From Moniliella sp. 'wahieum' (Eukaryota), in assembly GCA_003971905.1 (NCBI GenBank), contig RSEE01000091.1, positions 248,001-278,621 of the forward strand: DNA of 30,621 nucleotides, written 5' to 3'. The stretch's first letter is position 1; every line of letters starts with the position of its first letter. Below the pieces are notes generated by a model. That model was not told the origin of the DNA and made no database searches. It worked only from the letters and a program-made list of their open reading frames with translations. Below, piece by piece: positions 10,760-20,474 of the stretch. Position numbers and translations under genes: made by a program.

Positions 10760-11740
10760 ATGGGCGGCCTCGTGCTGGGCGTGGGCGTAGACGTGCTGCA
10801 GCTCACACGCCTCCAGGCCCTGCTGCACCGCCACAGCGTCCGCATCGCCGCCAGCAGCCCCACCGCTGTCCCCGAATTTCTCCGCCCCGGCCCCGTCCAT
10901 GCCGCCCCGCCGTACACCCTAGCCGCAGCTGCCAAGCTGGCGCACCGCATCATGGCCCCGGACGAGCTCAAATCCTTCCTTGCCCGCTTGTACGGCGGGC
11001 CTCTTCGTCCTGATGGAAGCCCCATCATGCAGTCCCGTCCGCCGCGTCCGCACGACCGCGTGGTGGACCCGGCGATTTTGCGTTCGCTTGCGCTTCGTTG
11101 GACCGCCAAGGAAGCCGCTTTCAAGGCTCTCCAGCCCCACTTCACCCTCCACTGGTACGACCTCCAACTGACCAAGCACCGCTCTCTCTCCTCGCCGGGG
11201 CGCCTGGCCCGCTTCCAGCTGTCCGACGTGCCTGCCAACGCAGCCCACGGCGCCGGCCCCTTACCCTGGGCGCTGCAGGATCGTGCTCTGGGCAAGAAAC
11301 TTAAACGTTCGGAGCAAGCTGCCACGCCCGCGTTTGAGGAAGGAGCCCATGACTTCATTTTGCAGCGCGAGCAACAGGACAAGGAGGCCGGACTGCCATC
11401 CACAGAGAGAGTGGATGAAAGCCTGCCGTCTTCCAAGTCAGGCAAACCATTTTTGACCTTTACGCCAGTGTTCCATCGCCGATGGAGGGAAGCGCGTGCG
11501 CTAGCCCGCGGGGTACCCCCTGACGAGCCCGCTGCGGTTGCCCCTTCGGGCGAGGGCACCCTGGACGACCCCCTGAGCGCGGCCAGGGATTTACCCCCAG
11601 TCACGACCAGCGCATCCAACTTCACCTCTCCGTCACTCACGATGCCGGCCTGGTTCTGGCCCAGGTTACGGCCCAGTTGGTCCCGTTCATGCCCCCCAGC
11701 CATGGGAGGTGGATGTACTGCGAAATGTGCGATTCTAAAG
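10760..11740 (+). CDS. AcpS-type 4'-phosphopantetheinyl transferase (Ppt2/PptB-like holo-ACP synthase); 3' end approximate
   Basis: ATG 10760: VLGVGVDVL, then LALRWTAKEAAFKAL and SGKP. After a frameshift near 11600 comes IQLHLSVTHDAGLVLAQV. These are the four AcpS blocks in the expected order. Confidence 0.85.
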
Positions 11741-11853
11741 GCATTCTACAAGACACTAATCTTGATGAGGAGGGTGCAGCTGGGTTATCACATACATGCA
11801 CATACGCTCCTAGGTTCAGGTTAAGCATCGAGATAGGAGCCGCAGTTGTGTGC

Positions 11854-13473
11854 CTAATCGAATGTTGTCTTCGTTCCGGCGGGCGCTGCGGCCACAGGAG
11901 CACGCTGAGCCTGAGCCAGTGCTGCGCCCGGCGCAGGACGGTGGGAAGACCCGCCCTTTTTGGCGGCCCTGGCAGCGGCACGTTCTGCCTGCGTTGGCTT
12001 GTGGGCCTTGGGCAATGGGGCTGAGGGATCAAAAGGGAGCTGGGGCTGGGGTTGAACCGGTTGGACTTCTCCACCGGTGGCGGGTGCCCCCCATTGGCGC
12101 ATGGCGGGACCAGATTCTTTCTGTTCTTGGTCTTGCTCTCGCTTCTGCATCCGTGCCGTCTTACCCAAACGCATCGGCTTTGGCCGTTCGGTATCTAACA
12201 GACGAACAGCCTTCTTTGCCCCGCGCCGAACTGCATCGGGGGACGCATAGGCCACTTCCAATTGTCGCCCAAGAAGACGGTGGGTGGCAGGCGCATCGAT
12301 CAACGACGCCGTTGCATGCTCCAATGTGTGAAAGTCAACAAATGCCCATCCTTTGCACTTTTCGGGTGCATCCTCAAATGTTCCCATCCGGATTTTGCGG
12401 ATCCCAGCCCCACGGATCTGCTTGGACCCACTCTCTTTGGTAGCCTTCTTATCCTTGGTCGAGGCTTTGGTCGACGCAGCGGCCTCACCGGCCTCGTCTG
12501 CTGCTACTTCGCCATCCTTCATCTCTGAATCTGAATCAGAGTCGGAATCCGAACCAGAATCAGCGCCTGGGCCAGATGTAGCCTTGGCTCTTCCAGCGGC
12601 AGCAGCCTTCTTTTGATTCCGGTTCATCCGCTCCTCGGCTGCCCGGGTCAGCATCAGTTCAATGTCGGCTGGGGTGGTCTTGAAGCTAAGGTTGCCAAAG
12701 AAGAGGGTTTCGGCGGGGGGTGGCGCTGTTTGCGCAAGATGGCAGCTGCCGTTTTGGGCAGACCCGGGCGGGCCTTTTGGGCCTCACTCAACGCATTCTC
12801 ACCGGCTTGCACCGCCGCCGAGGGAATGCCTGGCCGGCCGGAAAAGTCGCCGGCCGACTTGATGAGAAGCTTACGTCCGTCCAGCATCAACTCCGACATG
12901 CGAATTCCAATCTCCACTTCAGCCTGGGAAGGCACGTCGACATAGCGTACCCGCGGTTCTTTTCCCCCTTGCGCACGCCCTTGGGCATCGCCACGCGCGA
13001 AATGCCGTGGATGCCCTTATCCTCCAACCATTCCACCAGGTGCTCCGACGTGGTCTTGAACGACATGTTGCCCACCCACAGAGCAAACGGAGACCGCGCA
13101 TCTTTTTCCTTCGTGTGTTCTACCTGGACTTCCGGTTCAGGCAGACCTTGTTTGCCGCTGCGCACTCGCTTTGGCCAACTTTCTCCGTTTGCGCGCCTCC
13201 TTATGCGAGATGGCCTCTTCCTCCGTCACCTCATTTGGCTGTTCGGATTCAGCAACTGCTTCCTCGACAGGTTCCGTTGCAGCAGCACCATCGGCGTCCG
13301 TATCGGGGGCGGGACGCTTACGCTTTTGGCCTCTTGACCGCGGAGGTCGGGCTTGGCAGGCTTGGCTGCAAGCGCCGCCTTGGCTTCGGCGCGCGCTGCC
13401 TTTTTGGCCATGCGAAGCTCCTTATTGGTCAGTGCGGGTGTGTCCCAGATGCGGCAGGTTCAGCGTCGGACAT
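11854..13473 (-). CDS. Nucleolar two-RRM RNA-binding protein, Nop13/Rnp24-like; frameshifted
   Basis: RRM1: LWVGNMSFKTT...NRGYA...LDGRKLLIKSAGDFSGRP. RRM2: LFFGNLSFKTT...IRKIRMGTFED...CKGWAFVDF. Lys-rich N-terminus, C-terminal PGAALA...KTTFD. Confidence 0.75.
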
Positions 13474-13643
13474 GGTGCTGCCAATGTACACAAAGCGCCT
13501 GCCAGGGGTGGTGGAGGAGGGACACCCCGCGCCCCCGCCTTGCCTCCACCAAGCCAAAGCCTGCCCAAGCTGGACTAAGTTGGCCTGCTTGCTGGCCCAT
13601 CCCGCCAAAAAATAGGCTGCTCTTTGCACCGATTCCCCACTGT

Positions 13644-13810
13644 GCACGTGATGCATGATGTCTTTTCCTATCTGAAGTGATCGATGATCACTGGTGTTGA
13701 GTTGAGATCGATGATCGGTGGGTCATCTACATCACGTGACGAGTGTGTTGCCACGCTGAAATGAGGGAGAGGGCCGAGGTGGACAGGTATTAATTGCGCC
13801 GTTAACCCTA
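13644..13810. promoter_or_regulatory. Divergent promoter with two RTCACGTG (Cbf1-type E-box) sites and a telobox
   Basis: GCACGTGAT at 13644-13652, ATCACGTGAC at 13731-13740 and TAACCCTA at 13803-13810, between the NOP13-like gene and RPL14. Confidence 0.5.
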
Positions 13811-13980
13811 GGTATATTACGCTAGGAGCCGCAAAGGGGCAGTAACCTTTCTGGCTCACAGGGTTTGGGGGCACAGGGGCGGTGTGGGGCCCGAGCCGCG
13901 CTTGGCTCGGGGTATCGAGCCGCGGGAGTGAGGTGGCCTCGCAGCCTTTCACCATCTACCCAGCTAGTCCGGAGGTCAAG

Positions 13981-14041
13981 GTCCGTCTTTCCTCGCGCCA
14001 CGGTTGGCGGCGCTAGCTAACCTTGGCCCTTTTCTTTGCAG
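13981..14041 (+). other. 5'UTR intron of RPL14 (61 nt) ending immediately before the ATG
   Basis: GTCCGT donor, GCTAAC branch point, pyrimidine tract, then GCAG|ATG. No ATG is visible in the preceding ~60 nt. Confidence 0.8.
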
Positions 14042-14464
14042 ATGTCGACCCAGGCTTCGTCTTTCAAGCGCTACGTCGAGGTGGGCCGTGTGTGGTGCTC
14101 ATCAACGATGAGAAGTCGCCGGTCAACGGCAAGCTGGCGGTGATTGCCGAGATCATTGATGCCAACCGGGCCATCATTGACGGGCCTACCACCGGTGTGG
14201 CGCGCCAGCCGTACCAGTACAAGTACTTGCTCCTGACCAAGTTTGTGGTCAAGACCTGCCGCGCGCGGCTCGCTCCAAGGTGGTCAAGAAGTACTTCGAG
14301 AAGGCTGGTGTGGCCGAGAAGTGGGCCGCGAGCAACTGGGCCAAGACCCTGCTTCGCGCGCTGCCAAGAAGTCCACCACCGACTTCCAGCGCTTTGAGAT
14401 TACCCACCTCAAGCAGCAGCGGAGGAAGCTGCTCGGCGCGGAGCTGAAGAAGACGGCGGCCTAA
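14042..14464 (+). CDS. RPL14: 60S ribosomal protein L14 (eL14); frameshifted
   Basis: MSTQASSFKRYVEVGRV, VLINDEKSPVNGKLAVIAEIIDANRAIIDGPTTGVARQ and TDFQRFEITHLKQQRRK across different frames. TAA at 14462-14464. Confidence 0.93.
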
Positions 14465-14834
14465 CCATTCTTGACCCTGTCAAGAAACATTCCCGTTGCC
14501 CCCTCTCTCTTTGCCCTCTGCTGGGAACGTGCCGCTGTCGTCCCGAATGAATGGACGTGGTGGCTGTCTCCCAACCGAGTCCATGGCACTACTTGACGTG
14601 ACCGTTGATCACGGATGTGGTGTATGCTCATTCCACACGCCTTTTGTCTCCGACTTTAGGCGACAAAAACCTACTCAATTCATTGAGGATGCCTCCATGG
14701 CGTTCATATGATGTCGATGCTGGTCGATTCCCTGTGATATCTATAGCGTCTGGACAGATAGGGACGCATACACTAGTAACGATGTCCGAATTACGTGGGA
14801 TGGCCGTGTCGGTTGCAGTCATTCGAACAAGGCG

Positions 14835-15963
14835 TTAGGCCCCAAACTTGGTCCCGGTAATCTTCTCGAACGCCTGGGCATAACGATCCCGGGTGGCCGC
14901 AATGATCGTGTCCGGCAGCAAAATGGGTTTCCCACCGGCCGGCTGCTTGTCGGGGCCAATGAGTTTCGTCTCCAACAACCAATCGCGCACAAATTGCTTG
15001 TCAAACGAGGTCTGGGACCGGCCCACAGCGTACGTGGCGGCATCCCAAAAGCGGGAGCTGTCGGGTGTCAGCACTCATCCACCAGAATCAGCACCTCTTC
15101 CACCCCCGTTTGGGGGTTGACAAAGCTCGGTTGCGCCTGCACCAGCGGGGTCGAGGGCAGGTGCGCCCGGGGCACCAGTCCAAACTCGAACTTGGTGTCA
15201 GCCAGGATCAGACCACGGGTGGCAGCATGTTCGGCCGCCCGGGTGTAAACAGCTTTGGCCGTCTGAGCTAGGTGGGCAGCAAGTGCCGTTCCATATTCTC
15301 CTCCGCCCAGGATCTTGGGACCTGGTCTGGGTGGATGTTCTCATCATGGTCGCCCTGTTCCGCCTTGGTGGATGGGGTAAATAGTGGGCCATTGGGGATC
15401 TTAGCGCTCTCCTCCAGCCCGGCAGGAAGGGAAATGCCATGCACCGTACCGGCACGCTTGTACTCGGCCCAGCCACTGCGGAAAGGTAGCCACGAACAAT
15501 TGCCTCAATCGGAATGACGCTGGCGCGACGCACGAGCATCGAACGGCCCTGGGCACGCTCTAGCGCACCGGCCGACTTGTTCAGAGTTTCCTTGAGAGCG
15601 GTAGGGAAGGTTGACACAGAGGTGCTGAGAACGTGGGACGGCACAATTCCATCCTTGTCGGAGGTGAGCAGGTCAAACCAAAAGGTAGAGATGCCAGTCA
15701 AGATCTCTCCTTGGATGGGACACCCTACATAAATGAATTAGTGTCTCCTTCTCTACTGATAGAGAGGGGGGGGGGGGGGAGGACGCACGTTGTCCATCAG
15801 AACATCAAATGCACTGATGCGGTCCGAGGCAACAAATAGCAAGGGTGCTTCGGCGCCCTGTTCACCCTGCAGCACGGACTTGTGTCGTATACGTCGCGCA
15901 CCTTTCCCCGTGCTAGAAGCGGTAGGGCAAGTCGCTCTGCAAGACAGCGGCGGGCAGACCCAT
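14835..15963 (-). CDS. ADE1: SAICAR synthetase (phosphoribosylaminoimidazole-succinocarboxamide synthase); frameshifted
   Basis: [50 protein letters not shown] and LTPDSSRFW...[11 protein letters not shown]. Intron at 15725-15788. Confidence 0.93.
15725..15788 (-). other. Intron in ADE1 (64 nt, contains a long C homopolymer)
   Basis: GTGCGT donor, CTAAT branch point, TAG acceptor. Splicing gives MDN-GVPSKG. Confidence 0.8.
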
Positions 15964-16363
15964 GTTGGACGTTGTGATGGTAGGGGAGGGAACGGAGATA
16001 AAGCTACGCAAGCGAAGACAAAAATGAATTTGCTGCACGTGCTGAGGTAAGGGCGCACGTGCCATTGGCGCTAACTAAGGCCTAAGGCCTAATTGATGAT
16101 TGCCACCCGAACTAGCAGTCGCTCGTGCGTCATTCGCGTCACGCGTCATGAGTTGCAAACTCCCTCCAGTTGGCTCATCACAACGACTGAGTTTTGGTAT
16201 ACAAGGGTACATCTGCCTTTCCAACATCTCTCGCACCGATGTACCCCGTAGACACAGATGGGTTCGAGCAAGGGTGCCCCATCGATTCTCCGCCACATGA
16301 CCCCCTATCCATGTCCCAATTCAACTCTCAATATCAACATCAACGCATTCAACATTCGCATGG

Positions 16364-17502
16364 TCACACCAGTCCAGCCTCTTGATGAGCCCGCTCAACG
16401 TACAAAACGGGGTCAATGCCAGCCTTGTCCAAAAGGACCGAGCGAACGAACGTCTGGACCTCCTCTTGCTCCGCTGGGTCGCTGGCTGGACCGGTAAAGG
16501 ATTTGTCGGTCAAAGGTACCGGCACCCCCAACGGTCCGAGTGTCGTCTCGTCCCCTTCCACTTGAGCTCGTCCACCTTGGGTGAAGTGGCCGCGCACAAA
16601 GGCGCCCGGGACCCCTGCTCAACCGTGATGTAGAAAGGCGTGGCACGGTCAAGATCAGCCAGGTGGTCCAGCTGATATTGGGGCTGTGCGGAAAAAGTAG
16701 GTACCCACGGACCCGGGGTGGAGAGCTAATGCAGTCACGTTGATTCCCGCTTGGCGCAGAGAGCGCGACAGGGAGGCCGTCCAGGAATATACGGCAGCCT
16801 TGCTGATACCATACCGTCGCCACGAGGCAAAAACATCGATCCATGCAGGGGCTGGAGCCAGGCGTGTTTCGTACTCTTTTAACGCGTGGGGGCCACTCAT
16901 GGCAGCCATGACGCTGGAGACGTTAACGATTCGGGGGGAAGAAGAAGCATATTCGGAGTCTCCCGTGCGCGCGAGCAAGGGGAGTAAGAGGTACGTGAGC
17001 GCTGCAGTTCCGATCAAGTTGACACCAATGTTGTTTTCGAGACCTTGTTGCGTCAAGGCAGTTCCTGCGGACCGACCGCCAGCATTGTTCAGGAGGATGT
17101 CGAGACGGCCGGAGGGGCCGCCTTGTTCCTGTGGAGCAAGCACTTGAGCTGCACATCCTTTGATGCTCTCCAGGTCGCTGAGGTCGATCTGAACCAATGA
17201 AATGCGCTGGCGCACTTCAGGCGAGGACCAAGTGCGCGACGCGAGCGCTTGCTCACCCTACTCAAGGTGCGAACTGCGGCGTATACGTGGGCCCCACGCT
17301 CAGCGAGGCGGTGGGTTAGTTCGAGACCGATCCTGCGGAGAAGGGAAGATGTGTTAGAATAAGGTGGGCGAGGAATATGAGAAGGAGAAAAGACACGATA
17401 GACTACCACACACCCTCGATTCGAGCCGGTGACGAGGGCCACCTTGCCTGAAAGGTCGGGCACGTCGGCAAGGGAAAAGGCGGCAGGAGTCTCAGAGGGC
17501 AT
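16364..17502 (-). CDS. Short-chain dehydrogenase/reductase, retinol dehydrogenase/WWOX-like subgroup; frameshifted
   Basis: VPDLSGKVALVTGSNRG-IG (TGxxxGxG across the intron), IDLSDLESI, LDILLNNAG, RIVNVSS, catalytic YGISK and LHPGSV. Confidence 0.88.
17333..17413 (-). other. Intron in SDR gene (81 nt)
   Basis: GTGTGT donor, CTAAC branch point, CAG acceptor. Splicing restores TGSNRGIG. Confidence 0.8.
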
Positions 17503-17642
17503 AATGTGTCTGGAATACGAAGTGTGTCGGGGGGAGGCGCAAGAGAAAAACGGGAAATAAACAGATGAGTCGATGAAGGTGGTGGCTCTTCCCGTGTGGA
17601 CAAGAAAGAGAGGGGGGAGGGAAGTACCTGGCGGCGCCGAAG

Positions 17643-17649
17643 TTTTATA
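17643..17649 (-). promoter_or_regulatory. TATA box of SDR gene
   Basis: TATAAAA on the minus strand ~140 nt upstream of ATG 17502, followed by a pyrimidine-rich leader. Confidence 0.5.
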
Positions 17650-18416
17650 TGCGCGCCGGGGTTAGTGGCGTGCCGGACGTAAGACAGGAACCCAAGGGGT
17701 GGGTGAAGAACCTCAGGAAATGCAGAGCAATGCAATCGCGATGGTGATGGTTAGTAGGTATAAGCCTTATGCCACACCTAGTAGAGGAGACAGGGGTTCA
17801 AACAAGCCTGAGGCTACACAATGGAGGCTTCGGAGGTCAAATCAGAGGCGAAGGGTATGAGGCGCCTTGGCCTAAATACGGGACCGCGGATCCCAACGCC
17901 GCCGGATACACTGTTCTCTCAATCTCCTTCTGCAGCTACCGAGGACGGGGAGAACGCCGCGGGAAATGGCGCAATAGTAGTAAGACCCACATGTTCGTGT
18001 ATACTCCGAAGTGCCAGCCCTCGACTGTGGGGAGAGCACAGACCCTCTGAGCTTGACTCTTCCAGGTAGTTTAACGCGTCAAACGTCAGAGCTTCAGATG
18101 TTTTTCGGACCGTTCATGAAGCATTTTCGGGGCTTCGCCAAGGGATGTCTGGGTCGTGCTGGTGGGGGCTGGAGACCGAAGACGCATTGTGGCAGTATAC
18201 CGAACGAGGAGAGCCCCGCGGTCATTGCAAAGATTGTAATGACGTTCGCTGGCGGCTCGAATTATTATGTGGGGCACACCAGCACTTCAACTTCAAACGT
18301 TCAATATCCAACGCCCTCCGCTTACCTCAGCCAGCTCCATCTTCCTGGCAACATTCTTGCTTGTTGGCTCCACCATCCCCGCCGGGACGGCAACGCTGAC
18401 ACCGACATCGACGACC

Positions 18417-19874
18417 ATGTCGTGGGGTGCGTTTCTCGGACGGTGCGTGCACGAGCCGGCGCGCTGGCTAGGGCGCCCCTCGCATCTGTTGCCCACACCC
18501 CCGCTCCTCGCTACCTTACCTCCTCCACACCCGTGGCTGGCAAGAGCATCCGTCGCTTTGCCAAAAAGGACCGCAGCATTGTCAAAGTATCCGACCACAT
18601 GATTCGTGAGGCTGGCCCACCCATCAAGTGGACCACCGAGTCCGACTTCCGGCGTGAACCGCAGCCTCCGCCTGCTTCGGTGGAATACGACGCTACCCAC
18701 GCAACGCCAACCAGCCTTCATGGCATCTTCCGCTGGCCGGACGCTGTGTCCTCGTCCTTCTCCACCCTTCGGTCGTACAAAGCCCGCGGCAAGGAGGTGA
18801 GTACCATCCTTATAATGTGCCCTTGGGCGTGACACTGACGCCTTGTGCACAGGATAATCCCGATTTTTCTCGTCCCTGGGTCTACCGCCCGCACTACTAC
18901 GAGATGGCCGGGACCATTAACGAGGCCTTCGTCCAGGACCCGGCTGCGCCCCGTGACCATTCGGCCTTGCTTCTGATGGGCCCCGCGGAACAGGGAAGTC
19001 CCACCTTCTCGCTTACGCTATTGGCCACAGCAAGTCCAAGGGGGCGGTGGTCGCGTATATGCCCAAGGCTGACACACTCTCCATGAGTCGGAACGAGTAC
19101 GTGTACAGCCCGGCGCTGCAGGCGTGGGTGCTTCCCAAGCGGGTGGATGACATTCTGTTGGATCTGCAAAAGACCAACAAGGACGTTCTGCCAGATGTGC
19201 AGACGATTACCTACCCCGGGCTGGAGTTTGGGGCGGGCAAATCGGTTGCCGCACTGATCCAGGAAGTTGTCAAGGAAGGCGTTTCCCCGACGCGCAAGCA
19301 GGAAGGCCTCGAGCTTATCTTCCGCTCTCTCATCGCCCAGGACAAGGTTCCATTTGTGTTTGCGCTGGACGAGGCGGAGACGTGCTTTACCCCGACGGAG
19401 TACAAGGACCCTAGTTTCCATACCCTCCAGTCGTGGGAGTTTGCCCTGCAGCGCTTTTTCCTTCAGATCTTTAAGGACAATGCGCGTTCGGCTGATCCAA
19501 GCGCCGAGCTGCGGATCAAAAAGGGGCTTGCGATTGCAGCTCAATCCTATGCGCCGTCGTGGTTCCGCATGGCGTACCACTTGCTCCTCCAGGTCCACGA
19601 TCAGAAGGCGGGAACGATCTGGGAAGGTTATGACAAGAGGCTCAAGCCCGAGCATGTGGCCCACGCCAAGGCATGTGAGTTTACTGTGTTCAACACGGAA
19701 CGAGTCATTACCGTGCCCGAAGCACTGGCGTTCAAGGAAGTGGCAGGCACCAAGATGGTGGGTGGGATGACGCAGGACGACCTGCGTGCACGCCTGGTAG
19801 AGAGCCAGGGCAACCCCAAGCGTCTGCTGGGAGCACTGCACTCGACTATGTTCCATCTGGGGGCGACAGCCTAA
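18417..19874 (+). CDS. RSM23: Mitochondrial small-subunit ribosomal protein mS29 (DAP3/Rsm23-like); frameshifted
   Basis: Arg/Ala-rich presequence-like start. A P-loop is reconstructable as LLMGP(R)GTGKSHLL (~18970-19010), followed by Y.YSP...W.LP, VFALDE, TEYKDPSF and C-terminal SQGNPK. Intron at 18797-18852. Confidence 0.75.
18797..18852 (+). other. Intron in DAP3-like gene (56 nt)
   Basis: GTGAGT donor, ACTGAC branch point, CAG acceptor. It joins RGKE to DNPDFSRP in frame. Confidence 0.8.
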
Positions 19875-19927
19875 GCGAATGAATGTGGCCACTGCAAATA
19901 AGGATGGCGTTAGGCCGGGAGTGACGG

Positions 19928-19952
19928 GGGCTGCTTTGGGCTGCTTTGGGCT
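19928..19952 (+). repeat. Short tandem repeat (GGGCTGCTTT)x2.5
   Basis: Directly visible: gggctgctttgggctgctttgggct. Confidence 0.7.
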
Positions 19953-20474
19953 ACTAGTTGCTAGTGTTTGTTACTAACGCAGAAGAAACACCAATGAATG
20001 ACATTTCATTCCATGTCATGAGCATCTTCAAGCTAGCTTCAAGATCATCCGGCCTGCCGTCGGCGGTGCTTCTTGCCCATAAAGGCTAGGGTTGCTAGGG
20101 TTGGCGTATGCACACTGGCGCAGTGCTCGAAGGCCCCAGCGGCTGGTCTGTGCTCCTGCACATGCTTCAACGCTCCAGTTATGAAGCTTGAAGCAGCAAC
20201 CGCGAGCTTCCGGCTGGCAGTCCACTCCACCAGCGCCATTGCCACCGCCACTGCCCACCATCGCCATCGCCATCGTCATCGACCTCACCATCTTCACCGA
20301 CATCGTAATCACAACACCGCTTCTCCTGCCATCGGAATCGCTTTCTTAGCCTGACTGGCCTGCACCGCCCGCTACAACCGCCGATCGTGCTGTACCTGGC
20401 GCTACCAACGCCTGCGCTCTTTCCCTTACCCCACTACTGTGCCTTGAGCCCGCCAGCCTGCGGGCACCGCGCCG

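Noticed and set aside
12520..12566. Hexamer-like repeat (GAATCT/GAATCA/GAGTCG)
   Set aside because: It encodes the DSGSDSDSDSDSE acidic tract inside the Nop13-like protein and is not an independent element.
17769..18399. Short ORFs between the SDR and DAP3-like genes
   Set aside because: No recognisable motifs. The region is best read as a divergent promoter and UTRs.
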